Below, one piece after another: positions 40,250 to 50,083 of a stretch of 64,000 nucleotides of DNA. How positions within the stretch are numbered: the stretch's first letter is position 1; each line of letters opens with the position of its first letter. A model generated the notes under the pieces. That model ran no database searches and was not told the origin of the DNA. It was given only the letters and a program-made list of their open reading frames with translations. This DNA comes from Longimicrobiales bacterium (GTDB lineage Bacteria; Gemmatimonadota; Gemmatimonadetes; Longimicrobiales; Gaopeijiaceae): NCBI GenBank assembly GCA_965238005.1, contig OZ250165.1, forward strand, positions 2,432,001 to 2,496,000, given 5' to 3'. The position numbers and the translations under genes were made by a program.

Positions 40250-43200
40250 CTAGCTGGCCCGGGCGTCCGAGTCCTCGTCGCGCATCTCCTTCAGCGCGTC
40301 GTGGATTCCCTGGGTCAGGTCTCGCTCCTGGCGTAGCGCAACGAGGAGCCGCTCGGCCTCCTTGGCCTCGTAAGTGAGCTGTCCGGAAGTCACGATGACC
40401 TGGTCCACGACCGCCTTCTGACTGCCCAGTGATTCCAGTCCCGCCCGGATATCCATGAGCAGACCGTCGGCACGGGCGAGACGCCCCTCGGCGTTCTCGA
40501 TCTGCCGTTGCCGCTCGTCGATGCTCGCAAGCACCTCGGTCATCTCCTCCGCCTTGGCCCGCACCACCTCAAGGTTCTCGCTCGCGGTTTGCACCTCGTC
40601 GGTCGCCGCGGAGATGGCCCGCACATCCTCCAGGGTGCGCTCCGCCCGGGCGAAGAGGTCCTGGACCTCTTCGCGAACCTGATCGATGCTCCCCTGCCTT
40701 GCCGCCAGCGTCTCGATGGAGCGGCCGAGCTCCTGCTCGACCTTGTCGAGGTCGGCGAGCTTCTCCTCGAACTGGGTGATGCGCTTCTCCGCGAAGCGCA
40801 GGCTGCCGGCCCGCGCCTCGAGGCGCTCGGCTCGCATGCCGACCTTCTCGGACTGCTCCTCCGCAGCGACCAAGTGCTCGGTAACGGAGCGGAGCTGATC
40901 CTCCAGTGCCTGGAGGTCCGTGGCCGTCTCCTGGCGCAAGGTGGCCACTCGATCGAGATGCTCGGTGGCCTTGTCCAGAGCCTGCTGGCGTTGGGCGATA
41001 TCGGCGGCGACCCGATCCACTCGCTCCGACAGCGACGTGATGTACTCCGAGCGCTCCACTGCCGCGTCCACTCCCTCGCCCAGCTCCGCCATGTGGTCTT
41101 CGGCCTTGCGTACGGCGGCGGTCACGTCTTCGATGACGGCCCGTACCTTGTCGGCCGCCTCGGCCTGCGCGGACACCGCCTCGAAGCGACGATCGGCGTC
41201 GGCGAGGCTGACCAGCAGATTGCTCGTGCGCTCGTCGAGCTGAGTCCCGGTCTCCCTCAGCTCCGACATGCGATTGTCGAGCTCCGTCAGCGACGGCTCG
41301 CGCGCTTCCAGATGTGAGGCGGCCGCCAAGACCCGGTCGGCGTTCTGCCGCATGTGGTCGAGGTTGGCGGTCAGGTCGTCGAGCTGCGTGATCCGCGGGC
41401 GGAGCTCGCGGATGGACTCCTGCGTGGTGGCTAGCCACGCGCCGGTCTCGAGTTGTCCGGCCTGCATCCGCTCGATCTCCGCGCGGGTGGCCCGCAGACG
41501 CTCCATGGCGTTGACGACCTCCTCTCGCGATCCCCTGAGGGTGGTGAGATCACGAATGGCGTCCTGGACCTCGGACTGTCGAGCCTCGATCCGCTCGAGG
41601 CGGTTGGCCGCCTCGACGGCCGACGCCTCAGCTCTCGACATCCCGTCCCGCATCCCGGTGACCAGCTCCACCTGCTCACTGAGTTGATCGAGCTGAGACG
41701 ACAACGACGTCGAGCGAGCAGACAGGTGGTCACCGCTGCGGGTGGCCTCACTGACCCGCTGGCTCGCGTCGTCGAGGGCACGGAAGCGATTCTCGAACTC
41801 CGTCACTCCCGTGCGCAGATCCACGATCCGCTGATCGATGGCCCCCAGGCTGGCCCGCCCGAGCTCGAAGCTCTGCGTGCTGCGCCGTACCTCCTCCCGC
41901 AGCCCGGCCAGCGTCGACCGCAACTCCTCGTCTTCCCTCCGGATATTCGCCTGTCCGGCCCGGAGCTCGGTAAATTGCTCGGTCACCTTGGCGTTCAGGG
42001 CGCGGAGCGCCTCGACGCTCGTGTTGACCTTCTTCACCTCCTTGACCTGCGCCCGGGCTTCCTTGAGCTTCGACTCCAGCTCCCAGTGGAGGTCCGTGAG
42101 GGCCCGTGCCTGTGCCTCCGTTCGATCGATGGCCTCTCGCTGGCGCTCCAGAGCGGCAGTCTTCTGGCTCACGTGATCGGACAGTCCACGCAACGCGTTC
42201 AACTGCCGCTCGGTGCGACCCGCCAGCTCCTCGGCCTTGGTGAGGTCCTGCATCGTGTTCTCGACCGAGGCCACACGACTGGTTGCGTATTCCACGCCCT
42301 GATCCACGGCGTCCATCCTGGTCCGGATCTCTTTGTACCGGGAAAGGAGGGCTTCCTGCGAGCTCCGGGTGTCCGCCTGATCCTCCCGGATGCGAGCGAC
42401 ATCCTGGCTGTAGTCGAGGAACTGGGCTCTCGCCTCTTCCACCTGTGTGCGGAGCTTCGAGAGGGCCCCCTTCGGTCCGGAGAGCTCGGCGATCTCCTGC
42501 CTGGCCACGGACACCGACTGTACCCCCTCGCGGAGATCGGAGACGTTCGAGTCCAGATCCTTGACCTCCTTGGAGGCCGACTGGATCGCGTCGAGGGCCT
42601 TCCGCTGATTCTCGGCCACCGCGTCGGCCTGCTGGGCGATGGCCGCCATCTGTGCCTCAAGCTGGCCAAGATCGAGTGTGCGGCCCTCGATGCGGCTGAG
42701 CTCCTCCTTGAGCTTCCCGAGATCATCCCGAACCGCAGAGAGGTCTCCCTTGGGGCCGAGCAGCTCCGCCATGGCCGTCCTGGCGTCGGCCACGGCGTCC
42801 ACCTGAGCGTGTAGGGAGGTCACCTGGCCCTCGAGCTTGTCGGCCGAGCTCGTGCTCCGCTCCAGCGACCCGGAGAGCTCATTCTGGGATTCGGCGATCT
42901 CTTCGATCCGCCTCTCGACGACGTCGAGCTGAGCGAAGGACTCCCTCAGTCCGGTCCCGCGATCCTGCATCTGCTGGATCTCCTCGCGGATCACGTTCAC
43001 CCTCTTGAGCAGGGTGGCGACGGTACCGGAGGGCCCGAGCAGGTCCGCCATGGCCGTCCTGGCATCGGCCACCGCCTCCACCTGAGCGTGCAGGGTGGTC
43101 ACCTGGCCCTCGAGCTTGTCGGCCGAGCTCGAGCTTCGCTCCAGGGATCCGGCGAGCTCATCCTGAGATGCGGAGACCCCTTTGATCCGCCTCTCGACGA

Positions 43201-44305
43201 CGTCAAGCTGAGCGACGGTCTCCTTCAGTCCGGTCCCGCGATCCTGCATCTCCCGAAGCTCCTCACGAAGAACGCTCACCTGCGTGAGCAGGGTGGCGAC
43301 GGTACCGGAGGGCCCGAGCAGGTCCGCCATGGCCGTCCTGGCATCGGCCACGGCGTCCACCTGCGAATGTAGGGAGGTCACCTGGCCCTCGAGCTTGTCG
43401 GCCGAGCTCGAGCTTCGCTCCAGGGATCCGGCGAGCTCATCCTGAGATGCGGAGACCCCTTTGATCCGCCTCTCGACGACGTCAAGCTGAGCGACGGTCT
43501 CCTTCAGTCCGGTCCCGCGATCCTGCATCTCCCGAAGCTCCTCACGAAGAACGCTCACCTGCGTGAGCAGGGTGGCGACGGTACCGGAGGGGCCGAGCAG
43601 CTCCGCCATGGCCGTCCTGGCGTCGGCCACGGCGTCCACCTGCGAATGTAGGGAGGTCACCTGGCCCTCGAGCTTGTCGGCCGAGCTCGTGCTCCGTTCC
43701 AGCGACCCGGCGAGCTCATTCTGGGATTCGGCGATCTCTTCGATCCGCCTCTCGACGATGTCGAGCTGAGCGAAGGACTCCTTCAGTCCGGTCCCGCGAT
43801 CCTGCATCTGCTGAAGCTCCTCGCGGAGCACGTTCACCCTCTTGAGCAGTGTGGCGACCGTACCGTAGGGCCCGGCCATCTCCGTGATGTCGCCCGTGGC
43901 CGTGCCGACCTCGTCTACCATGGACCGGATGTCCCGGACCTGCATGTTCAGATCGCTGACCCTCCGAGACGCGTCGTCCAACGTGGTGGTGGCTTTGCTC
44001 TGCGACTCCGTGAGCTCCTTCGCCCGCTGCTCGACCGAGTCGACCTGGGCCGAGATGTCGGTGAACGAGTCGACCCGCGTCTGGAGCTCGGTGACCTGCT
44101 GGCTCATGGCCTCCGTGCTGGCCTGGACGGCGGCCAATGGGCCAGAGGCGTCGTGGAGGATCTGTTGCGCCTCCTCCGACCGCTTCACGAGGTCCCGGAG
44201 CGCTTTCCGGTCCCTCTTGGCCTGGGCGAATATCTTTTGGAGCTCTTCGGGGAGCTCTGTGATCTCACCGCTGCCACCGAAGAACGACTTGATCCAGGAA
44301 GCCAT
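40250..44305 (-). CDS. Large coiled-coil protein (~1351 aa) with 93-aa tandem repeats
   Basis: GAGAGG RBS before ATG 44305; heptad-rich, with no TM helix, signal peptide or Walker motif; N-terminus MASWIKSFFGG. Confidence 0.85.
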   Translation of the reverse strand: MASWIKSFFGGSGEITELPEELQKIFAQAKRDRKALRDLVKRSEEAQQILHDASGPLAAVQASTEAMSQQVTELQTRVDSFTDISAQVDSVEQRAKELTESQSKATTTLDDASRRVSDLNMQVRDIRSMVDEVGTATGDITEMAGPYGTVATLLKRVNVLREELQQMQDRGTGLKESFAQLDIVERRIEEIAESQNELAGSLERSTSSADKLEGQVTSLHSQVDAVADARTAMAELLGPSGTVATLLTQVSVLREELREMQDRGTGLKETVAQLDVVERRIKGVSASQDELAGSLERSSSSADKLEGQVTSLHSQVDAVADARTAMADLLGPSGTVATLLTQVSVLREELREMQDRGTGLKETVAQLDVVERRIKGVSASQDELAGSLERSSSSADKLEGQVTTLHAQVEAVADARTAMADLLGPSGTVATLLKRVNVIREEIQQMQDRGTGLRESFAQLDVVERRIEEIAESQNELSGSLERSTSSADKLEGQVTSLHAQVDAVADARTAMAELLGPKGDLSAVRDDLGKLKEELSRIEGRTLDLGQLEAQMAAIAQQADAVAENQRKALDAIQSASKEVKDLDSNVSDLREGVQSVSVARQEIAELSGPKGALSKLRTQVEEARAQFLDYSQDVARIREDQADTRSSQEALLSRYKEIRTRMDAVDQGVEYATSRVASVENTMQDLTKAEELAGRTERQLNALRGLSDHVSQKTAALERQREAIDRTEAQARALTDLHWELESKLKEARAQVKEVKKVNTSVEALRALNAKVTEQFTELRAGQANIRREDEELRSTLAGLREEVRRSTQSFELGRASLGAIDQRIVDLRTGVTEFENRFRALDDASQRVSEATRSGDHLSARSTSLSSQLDQLSEQVELVTGMRDGMSRAEASAVEAANRLERIEARQSEVQDAIRDLTTLRGSREEVVNAMERLRATRAEIERMQAGQLETGAWLATTQESIRELRPRITQLDDLTANLDHMRQNADRVLAAASHLEAREPSLTELDNRMSELRETGTQLDERTSNLLVSLADADRRFEAVSAQAEAADKVRAVIEDVTAAVRKAEDHMAELGEGVDAAVERSEYITSLSERVDRVAADIAQRQQALDKATEHLDRVATLRQETATDLQALEDQLRSVTEHLVAAEEQSEKVGMRAERLEARAGSLRFAEKRITQFEEKLADLDKVEQELGRSIETLAARQGSIDQVREEVQDLFARAERTLEDVRAISAATDEVQTASENLEVVRAKAEEMTEVLASIDERQRQIENAEGRLARADGLLMDIRAGLESLGSQKAVVDQVIVTSGQLTYEAKEAERLLVALRQERDLTQGIHDALKEMRDEDSDARAS
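42475..43890. repeat. 279-bp intragenic tandem repeat (4 near-identical units + 1 diverged)
   Basis: ATGGCCGTCCTGGC at 42771, 43050, 43329 and 43608 (279-bp spacing). Confidence 0.95.
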
Positions 44306-44544
44306 GATTCCTCTCGATCGGGGTTTCCGAGAAAATGTCACCCGGTCCCGGAAAATACCATGTGGCCTCCCTTCCCGGCGAGCGTGCTGGAGTGAAGGCT
44401 AGCATCCACTCCAATTGCTGGACTCCATGGCTGTGGCGCAAGTGGATCAGGTCTTGGCGCATCTTTTTCAACCCGATGCGGTAATAGGCCTGGGCATTTC
44501 CTCTGGCGACACGGGCGTGATCGGGGGGACCAGGAGGGGAGACA

Positions 44545-45153
44545 GTGGAAGCACTCGTATACGAATTCGGCGCCTGGCTCGAGTCCATCGGAGTGTGGGC
44601 GTACTTCCTGGCGCCACTGGCCATGGCCCTCGTCGCCATCCTTCCCATCCCCGCCGAATTCCCGGCGGTCCTGAACGGAATGATGTTCGGCCCCGTGCTC
44701 GGGACCGTCTTCACCTGGGGTGGAGCCTTGGCCGGCGCTCAGGTCAGCTTCGAGCTGGCACGGAAGCTCGGACGGCCTCTCGCGGAGCGATTCGTCCCCG
44801 AGAAGTCCCTGGAGAAAGCCGATCAGATCGTCCTCAATGCCGACTGGTGGGGCTTGCTTCTTCCGCGATTCATCCCGCTCATCGCGTTCACCGCCCTCAA
44901 CTGGGGCGCCGGACTCACGCCGGTGCCGCGTGGCCGGTTCTTCTGGACGACGGCCGTTGGCATCTTTCCCGGTGCGCTTGTGCTCACCGCATCGGGAGCC
45001 GGTCTTCCCTTCCTCCTCGAGCGCTTCCCGGTCACGACTTGGGCGATCGCCGGGTTGATCACGGCATACGGGGGGTACCGTCTCTACCGGAGAAACACGC
45101 CGCGCCGATCCCAGGCCCCGAAGGTCGGCTCCACGACCGCATCGGCCGGCTAG
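44545..45153 (+). CDS. TVP38/TMEM64 (VTT/DedA superfamily) membrane protein
   Basis: PIPAE...NGMMFGP..G, RFIPLIAF..LNWGAGLT. Confidence 0.88.
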   Translation: MEALVYEFGAWLESIGVWAYFLAPLAMALVAILPIPAEFPAVLNGMMFGPVLGTVFTWGGALAGAQVSFELARKLGRPLAERFVPEKSLEKADQIVLNADWWGLLLPRFIPLIAFTALNWGAGLTPVPRGRFFWTTAVGIFPGALVLTASGAGLPFLLERFPVTTWAIAGLITAYGGYRLYRRNTPRRSQAPKVGSTTASAG

Positions 45154-45188
45154 GAGCCGCCCCACCCTATTCCCGGACGGGCTCCTAG
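45150..45188. repeat. 39-bp minimal family B element
   Basis: CTAGGAGCC...CCGGACGGGCTCCTAG; the left TAG is the stop codon of the VTT gene. Confidence 0.55.
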
Positions 45189-45247
45189 TCTAGGGAGGGA
45201 TCGGCCAGACAGAGCCCACATAGCGGGGGCCCGGTAACCGGAGTCGT

Positions 45248-46105
45248 CTACCCGTCTCCGCTGAGGGACGTCCAACCTCTGGCGTAGAGGCCCACGGGCC
45301 GAGCCAGGTATCCGGGGTACCCCTCGGCCGCTTCCCCGGCGCTGCGGGCATCCAGCTCCACGACGGCCAGCGGATCCGTCCCCTCGTAAAGGACCTCACC
45401 GTCGGGAGCCACGGCCAGCGAAGGCCCACCGATGTCCACGTCGAACTCCGGCCGGGGCCGGTTCACGGAGAGCAGGTACGCATCCGCCATGACCGCGTTG
45501 GCCCGGAGCACCAGCCGCCAGCGCTCGTACGTCGCATTGGGGGTCGCGCGGGGCACCAGGAGCACCTCCGCCCCCTGGCTCCGGAGCAGCTGCGACCCCT
45601 GAGGGCGGTTGATGTCGGAGCAGATCTGAACCCCGACGGTGATCCCGGGTCCAGGCATGGCCCGGGGCGGCTCCGTGCCCGGCACGTAGTGCGACGTTTC
45701 CCAGTAGCCCTCCTCCTCCGGCAGATGGACCTTCCGGTACCGGCCCAGCTCCCGCCCCCGGGCGTCGAACAGGATGGCGGTGTTGTGCCGCTGGCCGGTC
45801 TCCGGGTCGAGCACAATCGCTCCGCCGAGCAGTGCGATGCCCGCATCGCGGGCCGCCTCCGCCAGGATGCTCTGCCGCGGACCCCCCGGGGGCTCGGCGT
45901 CCTCCGTCTGAGCTTGCTTGGTGGCGGGCGACCAGGGGTTGAGCGGGAGCTCCGGAAGGACGGCCAGGCGGGCACCCAGTGCACGAGCCTCACCCAGGCG
46001 CTCTCGCAGTCGGGCGCGGTCCTCATCCGTGTGAAAGACGTCCGTCACCAGCGCTATGACCACTAGGTCATCCACCCACACTCTCCAGATTCTCAGATGG
46101 CTCAC
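45248..46105 (-). CDS. Carbon-nitrogen hydrolase (nitrilase superfamily); start uncertain
   Basis: VLPEL, YRKVHLP, QICSD (E-K-C triad). Confidence 0.9.
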   Translation of the reverse strand: MSHLRIWRVWVDDLVVIALVTDVFHTDEDRARLRERLGEARALGARLAVLPELPLNPWSPATKQAQTEDAEPPGGPRQSILAEAARDAGIALLGGAIVLDPETGQRHNTAILFDARGRELGRYRKVHLPEEEGYWETSHYVPGTEPPRAMPGPGITVGVQICSDINRPQGSQLLRSQGAEVLLVPRATPNATYERWRLVLRANAVMADAYLLSVNRPRPEFDVDIGGPSLAVAPDGEVLYEGTDPLAVVELDARSAGEAAEGYPGYLARPVGLYARGWTSLSGDG

Positions 46106-46107
46106 CG

Positions 46108-46137
46108 AAAGAGGGGCGGCCCGAGGGCCGCCCCTCT
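46108..46137 (-). terminator. Intrinsic terminator after ggt
   Basis: AGAGGGGCGGCC-loop-GGCCGCCCCTCT stem followed by a short T run on the minus strand. Confidence 0.65.
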
Positions 46138-46162
46138 GGCTCGACGCGCTGCGCAGACCGTG

Positions 46163-48037
46163 CTACCAGGCTATGCCGTAGTCGTCACCGTGGTGGCTAG
46201 AGCCTCCCCAGAAGGTCCCGTGCTCCCAGTCGAAGAAGATGGCGTTGATGGGTCCGGAAGTCCTCTCCGAGAACGTCAGGCTGTACCCCATGCGCCTCAG
46301 GTCGGCCTGCACCCAGGGCGGCGTGGCCTGCTGAACCAGCATGCGACCGGGGCTACTCTCGTGGTCGCCGAACGAGCCGCGCATCTGGAAGCTGTTGATG
46401 TTGGCCGCTTCGGCCGCCTGCTGCACGTTCATGTCGAACTCGACGATGTTCAGGAAGAACTGGAGCAGGTTCTGGTCCTGGCCGTCTCCACCCTGGACCG
46501 CGAACGACATGAAGGGCTTGCCGTCCTTCACGGCCAGGCTGGGCGTGAGCGTGGCTCGGGGCCTCTTGCCGGGCTCCACGACGTTGTAGGGGTTGTCCTC
46601 CTCGTTGACGATGAAGCTCTGCATGCGCTGGCTCAGGCCTACCCCGGTCTGGCCGGCGACCACGGCCGGGATCCACCCGCCGCTGGGCGTGATCGAGACC
46701 ACCCAGCCCTCCTCGTCGGCGGCCTGGATCGACGTGGTGCCCAGGTAGAAGTCGTCCTCGAAGTCCGCCATGGCCTGGGATCCGGCCGCCTCGGTCACGG
46801 TGCGGCCCTTCTCGTTCCACTGCTCCAGGTACCGCAAGAACGGGTTGGTCCCGCCCTGGAAGGGATAGGGGTCGCCGGGGCCCAGGTTCGGGTCGTTCTT
46901 CTCCCAGTCGACCTGGCCGGCCCTCTGCTTGGCATAGTCCTTGGAGAGCAGTCCCTCGAGGGGTTCCTCCGGCGGGTAGTAGGGATCGCCATAGTAGAAG
47001 TCGCGATCCGCGAAGGCCAGGTTCATGGTCTGGTACAGGGCGTGGATGTAGCGGCTACTGTTATAGCCCATGGCCTTGAGGTCGAAGTTCTCGAGGATGT
47101 TCAACGCCTGCAGCAGGACGGGTCCCTGCACCCAGGTCGTCAGCTTGTAGACGTCGATGCCCTTGTAGCTCGTCTTCACCGGCTCCTCGAGGTAAACCTG
47201 CCAGTTGGCCAGATCCTCCATGGTGATGAGCCCCCCCTGTTCCTGGGTGCCCCTCACGAGCTCCTGGGCGATATCCCCCTTGTAGAAGCGATCGTACGCG
47301 GCGTAGATGGCCTCCCTGCGGCCCTTGCCCTGGGCCAGCGCATCGCGCTCGGCCTCGACCAGTTTTTCGAGCGTGCGCTTGAGGTCGGGCTGGCGGAAGA
47401 TCTCACCCTCCCTGGGCGCCGGGTTCTCGGCGTCGTCGGGGTGCGTCAGGTAGACCGCACGGGAGTAGGGCCACTCGCGGATGCGGTCGATCTGGCCGTG
47501 GATGCCTCGCACGGCGCCGGCCTCGATGGCGTAGCCGTCGGCCATCTGGATGGCCGGCTCGAGCACCTCGGCCAGGCTCAGCGTGCCGAACTCGGCCAGC
47601 ATGGTCATCAGCCCGCCCGGCGTGCCCGGAGTCACCGCCGCCAAGGGCCCGTACTGGGGCGGAAAGTCCATCCCCTTCTCACGGAAGAAGTCCACCGTGG
47701 CGCCCGTCGGCGCGACGCCCAGCGCGTTGACGCCGATGACCTTGCCGGTGTTCGGGTTGTATATGAGTGCCTGGGTCTCTCCGCCCCAGCTCAGAACGTC
47801 CCACATGGTAGCGGTGGCGGCGAGCATGGCGCTGGCGGCGTCCACCGCGTTTCCGCCCTTCTGGAAGATCATGGCGCCGGCGGTGGCCCCGAGGGGCTTG
47901 CCGGTGATGGCCACCCAGTGCGTGCCGTGCAGGACCGGCTTCTGCGTCCGCTGCGCCTCCAGGACCCAAGGGCTCAGCGCGAAGATCAGCATGAGTGCGA
48001 GGCTCAGCCGAAGCAGGACCCTCGTTCGTGCCCTCAT
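46163..48037 (-). CDS. ggt: Gamma-glutamyltransferase family protein, secreted
   Basis: Signal peptide, GGNAVDAA, GTTS nucleophile site, PGKRPRATL, QGGDGQ. Confidence 0.9.
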   Translation of the reverse strand: MRARTRVLLRLSLALMLIFALSPWVLEAQRTQKPVLHGTHWVAITGKPLGATAGAMIFQKGGNAVDAASAMLAATATMWDVLSWGGETQALIYNPNTGKVIGVNALGVAPTGATVDFFREKGMDFPPQYGPLAAVTPGTPGGLMTMLAEFGTLSLAEVLEPAIQMADGYAIEAGAVRGIHGQIDRIREWPYSRAVYLTHPDDAENPAPREGEIFRQPDLKRTLEKLVEAERDALAQGKGRREAIYAAYDRFYKGDIAQELVRGTQEQGGLITMEDLANWQVYLEEPVKTSYKGIDVYKLTTWVQGPVLLQALNILENFDLKAMGYNSSRYIHALYQTMNLAFADRDFYYGDPYYPPEEPLEGLLSKDYAKQRAGQVDWEKNDPNLGPGDPYPFQGGTNPFLRYLEQWNEKGRTVTEAAGSQAMADFEDDFYLGTTSIQAADEEGWVVSITPSGGWIPAVVAGQTGVGLSQRMQSFIVNEEDNPYNVVEPGKRPRATLTPSLAVKDGKPFMSFAVQGGDGQDQNLLQFFLNIVEFDMNVQQAAEAANINSFQMRGSFGDHESSPGRMLVQQATPPWVQADLRRMGYSLTFSERTSGPINAIFFDWEHGTFWGGSSHHGDDYGIAW

Positions 48038-48145
48038 CGTTCCTCCTAGGCTTCGTACGATTGACGACCGTGGTTGCGTAGCGATCAAGGTACTTGGAGA
48101 GGTTCGACCACGCACCAGATGCGGTTTCCCGGGTGCTCGCCCCGC

Positions 48146-49354
48146 TCAGAAGAAGTGGGTCAACGACAGGTATAGCACGGTGGGCGTGGGCCCGAACTCG
48201 GAGCCGATGCTAGTGTCCAGCGCGAACGCGTCGTCCCCCACGCCGATGAAAAAGCCCCCACGCAGGCTCGAGTTGGAGCCGAAGCCCCACGTTCCGCCGC
48301 CCGACAGGAGGACGCTGCCATCCGAAAGGCTGGTGAGGGCCAGAAGGTCCGCAGCCCACAGCGGATGGATCTGGTACGAGGCCTGGGTGGCCAGGGCGTC
48401 GCGTGCCAGCAACTGAAGCTCGCCCCGTTGGAACGCAGAGGAGAGAGTCGTCTGGAAGAGCTCGTCGGAATCCGCGGCACCGAAGCCGTCCCGCTGATAC
48501 TCGACGATCAAGTACAGATCCCGACGGTACACAGCCACCCGCCGGTCGACCCCCACCGTGCCCCTGAGCACGGCTCCGACCCCCCCGTCCCGGACCGAGA
48601 CCTCGGTGCGAACGGCCCACCCGGCCAACTCCCCCACGGCGCTCACCGCCCCCGCCGCGTCGTCGAACAGCACGCCACCCCATGCCGCGACATCCCATCC
48701 CCGCCAGTTGGTCTTGCCCCGCACGAGGGCCGTCAGCTGGTCTCCACCCGGCGACGACGTGGGGCGTACCACCAGCTCCACCTCGCTGAAGGCTCCCGGA
48801 TAGGCACGAACCCGGACGCCGTCGATGCCGACCCGATACTCACGGAACGGATCGGCCGGGTCGAACGGCGCGAAGGGATCGGCAGGTGTGAGGATCAGGG
48901 TGCTTGCCCACGAAACGACCTGTCTCCCCACAGAGAGCTCAACCGACTCACCCACGGGGAGAGTGAGGGCCAGACGATCCACACGATGTCGCCACAAGAC
49001 CTGGTCGCTCGCCTCCGCCGTCCAGTCGAGCTCCAGCCAGTTGACCCCGGCGCTCGGGACCACAGCAACCGCCCCGGTGCCGAGCACATCTTCACCGCTG
49101 ACCTGGAGGGTGTGCCCGTACGCGAAGTCCAGGCCGAAGGGCCCCACGGAGGGAGCCCACATGACACGGAAGCGTTGGAAATCGGTGAGTCCCGAATCGC
49201 TTACCGGGCTTTCGCCCGAGCGGCTGAAGAGGTTCAGGTAGTAGGCGGAGAGGTCGGGCACTTGAGCGTCGAGCACGGCCGCACCGAACGCCAGGTACAG
49301 GACCGATACGATCAGTCCCCGTCGCAGTCCCCGCCGGGGCTCTGCTCCCCTCAC
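48146..49354 (-). CDS. Putative outer-membrane beta-barrel partner of the ABC exporter
   Basis: Signal peptide, GRQVVSW and GIDGVR strands, terminal Phe. Confidence 0.65.
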   Translation of the reverse strand: MRGAEPRRGLRRGLIVSVLYLAFGAAVLDAQVPDLSAYYLNLFSRSGESPVSDSGLTDFQRFRVMWAPSVGPFGLDFAYGHTLQVSGEDVLGTGAVAVVPSAGVNWLELDWTAEASDQVLWRHRVDRLALTLPVGESVELSVGRQVVSWASTLILTPADPFAPFDPADPFREYRVGIDGVRVRAYPGAFSEVELVVRPTSSPGGDQLTALVRGKTNWRGWDVAAWGGVLFDDAAGAVSAVGELAGWAVRTEVSVRDGGVGAVLRGTVGVDRRVAVYRRDLYLIVEYQRDGFGAADSDELFQTTLSSAFQRGELQLLARDALATQASYQIHPLWAADLLALTSLSDGSVLLSGGGTWGFGSNSSLRGGFFIGVGDDAFALDTSIGSEFGPTPTVLYLSLTHFF

Positions 49355-49369
49355 CTGTCAAGCGATCCT

Positions 49370-50083
49370 TTACTGCCTCTCGTCCGATGTGACCTGCCCG
49401 TCGACGAGGCGCACGCGGCGGCGCGCCCGCTCCATCACGCGGGGGTCGTGGGTCGAGAAGAGGAACGTGGTGCGGTGCTCCCGGTTCAGCCGCTCCATGA
49501 CGTCCAGAAGCGCGTCGCTGGTATGGGAGTCGAGATTGGCCGTGGGCTCGTCCGCGAGGACGAGTGTGGGCTCGCCTACCACGGCCCGGGCGACCGCTAC
49601 CCGCTGTTGCTGGCCACCGGAGAGCTTTCCGGGCTTTCGGTCCTCCAAGCCCTCGAGGCCGATCTCCTGGAAGAGCTCCCCCACTCGCCGGTGGCGCTCC
49701 TCGGTGGGCACTCCCCTCAGCAGGAGCGAGAACTCCGCATTCTCCAGAGCCGACAGCACGGGGAGCAGGTTGAAGGCCTGGAAGACGAAGCCGATGCTCT
49801 CGAGCCGGAGCCGGGCCAGCTCCTTGTCGGAGAACTCGGTGATCTCCTGCTCGCCTACCCAGATCCGCCCTCGGGTGGGGCGGGTCAGCCCTCCGAGCAG
49901 GTTGAGAAGGGTCGTCTTCCCGGACCCGGAAGGGCCGGCCATGGCCATGAAGTCTCCTTCGTGGATCTCCAGGGTGACACCACGGACCGCTTCCACTTCC
50001 TCGGGCTCCTGGGGATAGACCTTCCAGAGATCCTCGGTGCGCACGGCTACCTCGGTGGCCAAGGACGGGTTCTCGTTCGTCAT
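49370..50083 (-). CDS. ABC transporter ATP-binding protein (LolD/MacB type)
   Basis: GPSGSGKT, LSGGQQQRV, LADEPTANLD, STHD. Confidence 0.95.
   Translation of the reverse strand: MTNENPSLATEVAVRTEDLWKVYPQEPEEVEAVRGVTLEIHEGDFMAMAGPSGSGKTTLLNLLGGLTRPTRGRIWVGEQEITEFSDKELARLRLESIGFVFQAFNLLPVLSALENAEFSLLLRGVPTEERHRRVGELFQEIGLEGLEDRKPGKLSGGQQQRVAVARAVVGEPTLVLADEPTANLDSHTSDALLDVMERLNREHRTTFLFSTHDPRVMERARRRVRLVDGQVTSDERQ

Noticed and set aside
42475..43890. CRISPR array or DGR template/variable repeat
   Set aside because: The units are contiguous in-frame 279-bp coding repeats without spacers; no cas or reverse transcriptase genes are in the window.
40250..44305. SMC/SbcC or phage tape-measure protein
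   Set aside because: No Walker A/B head or hinge motifs and no phage genes nearby.
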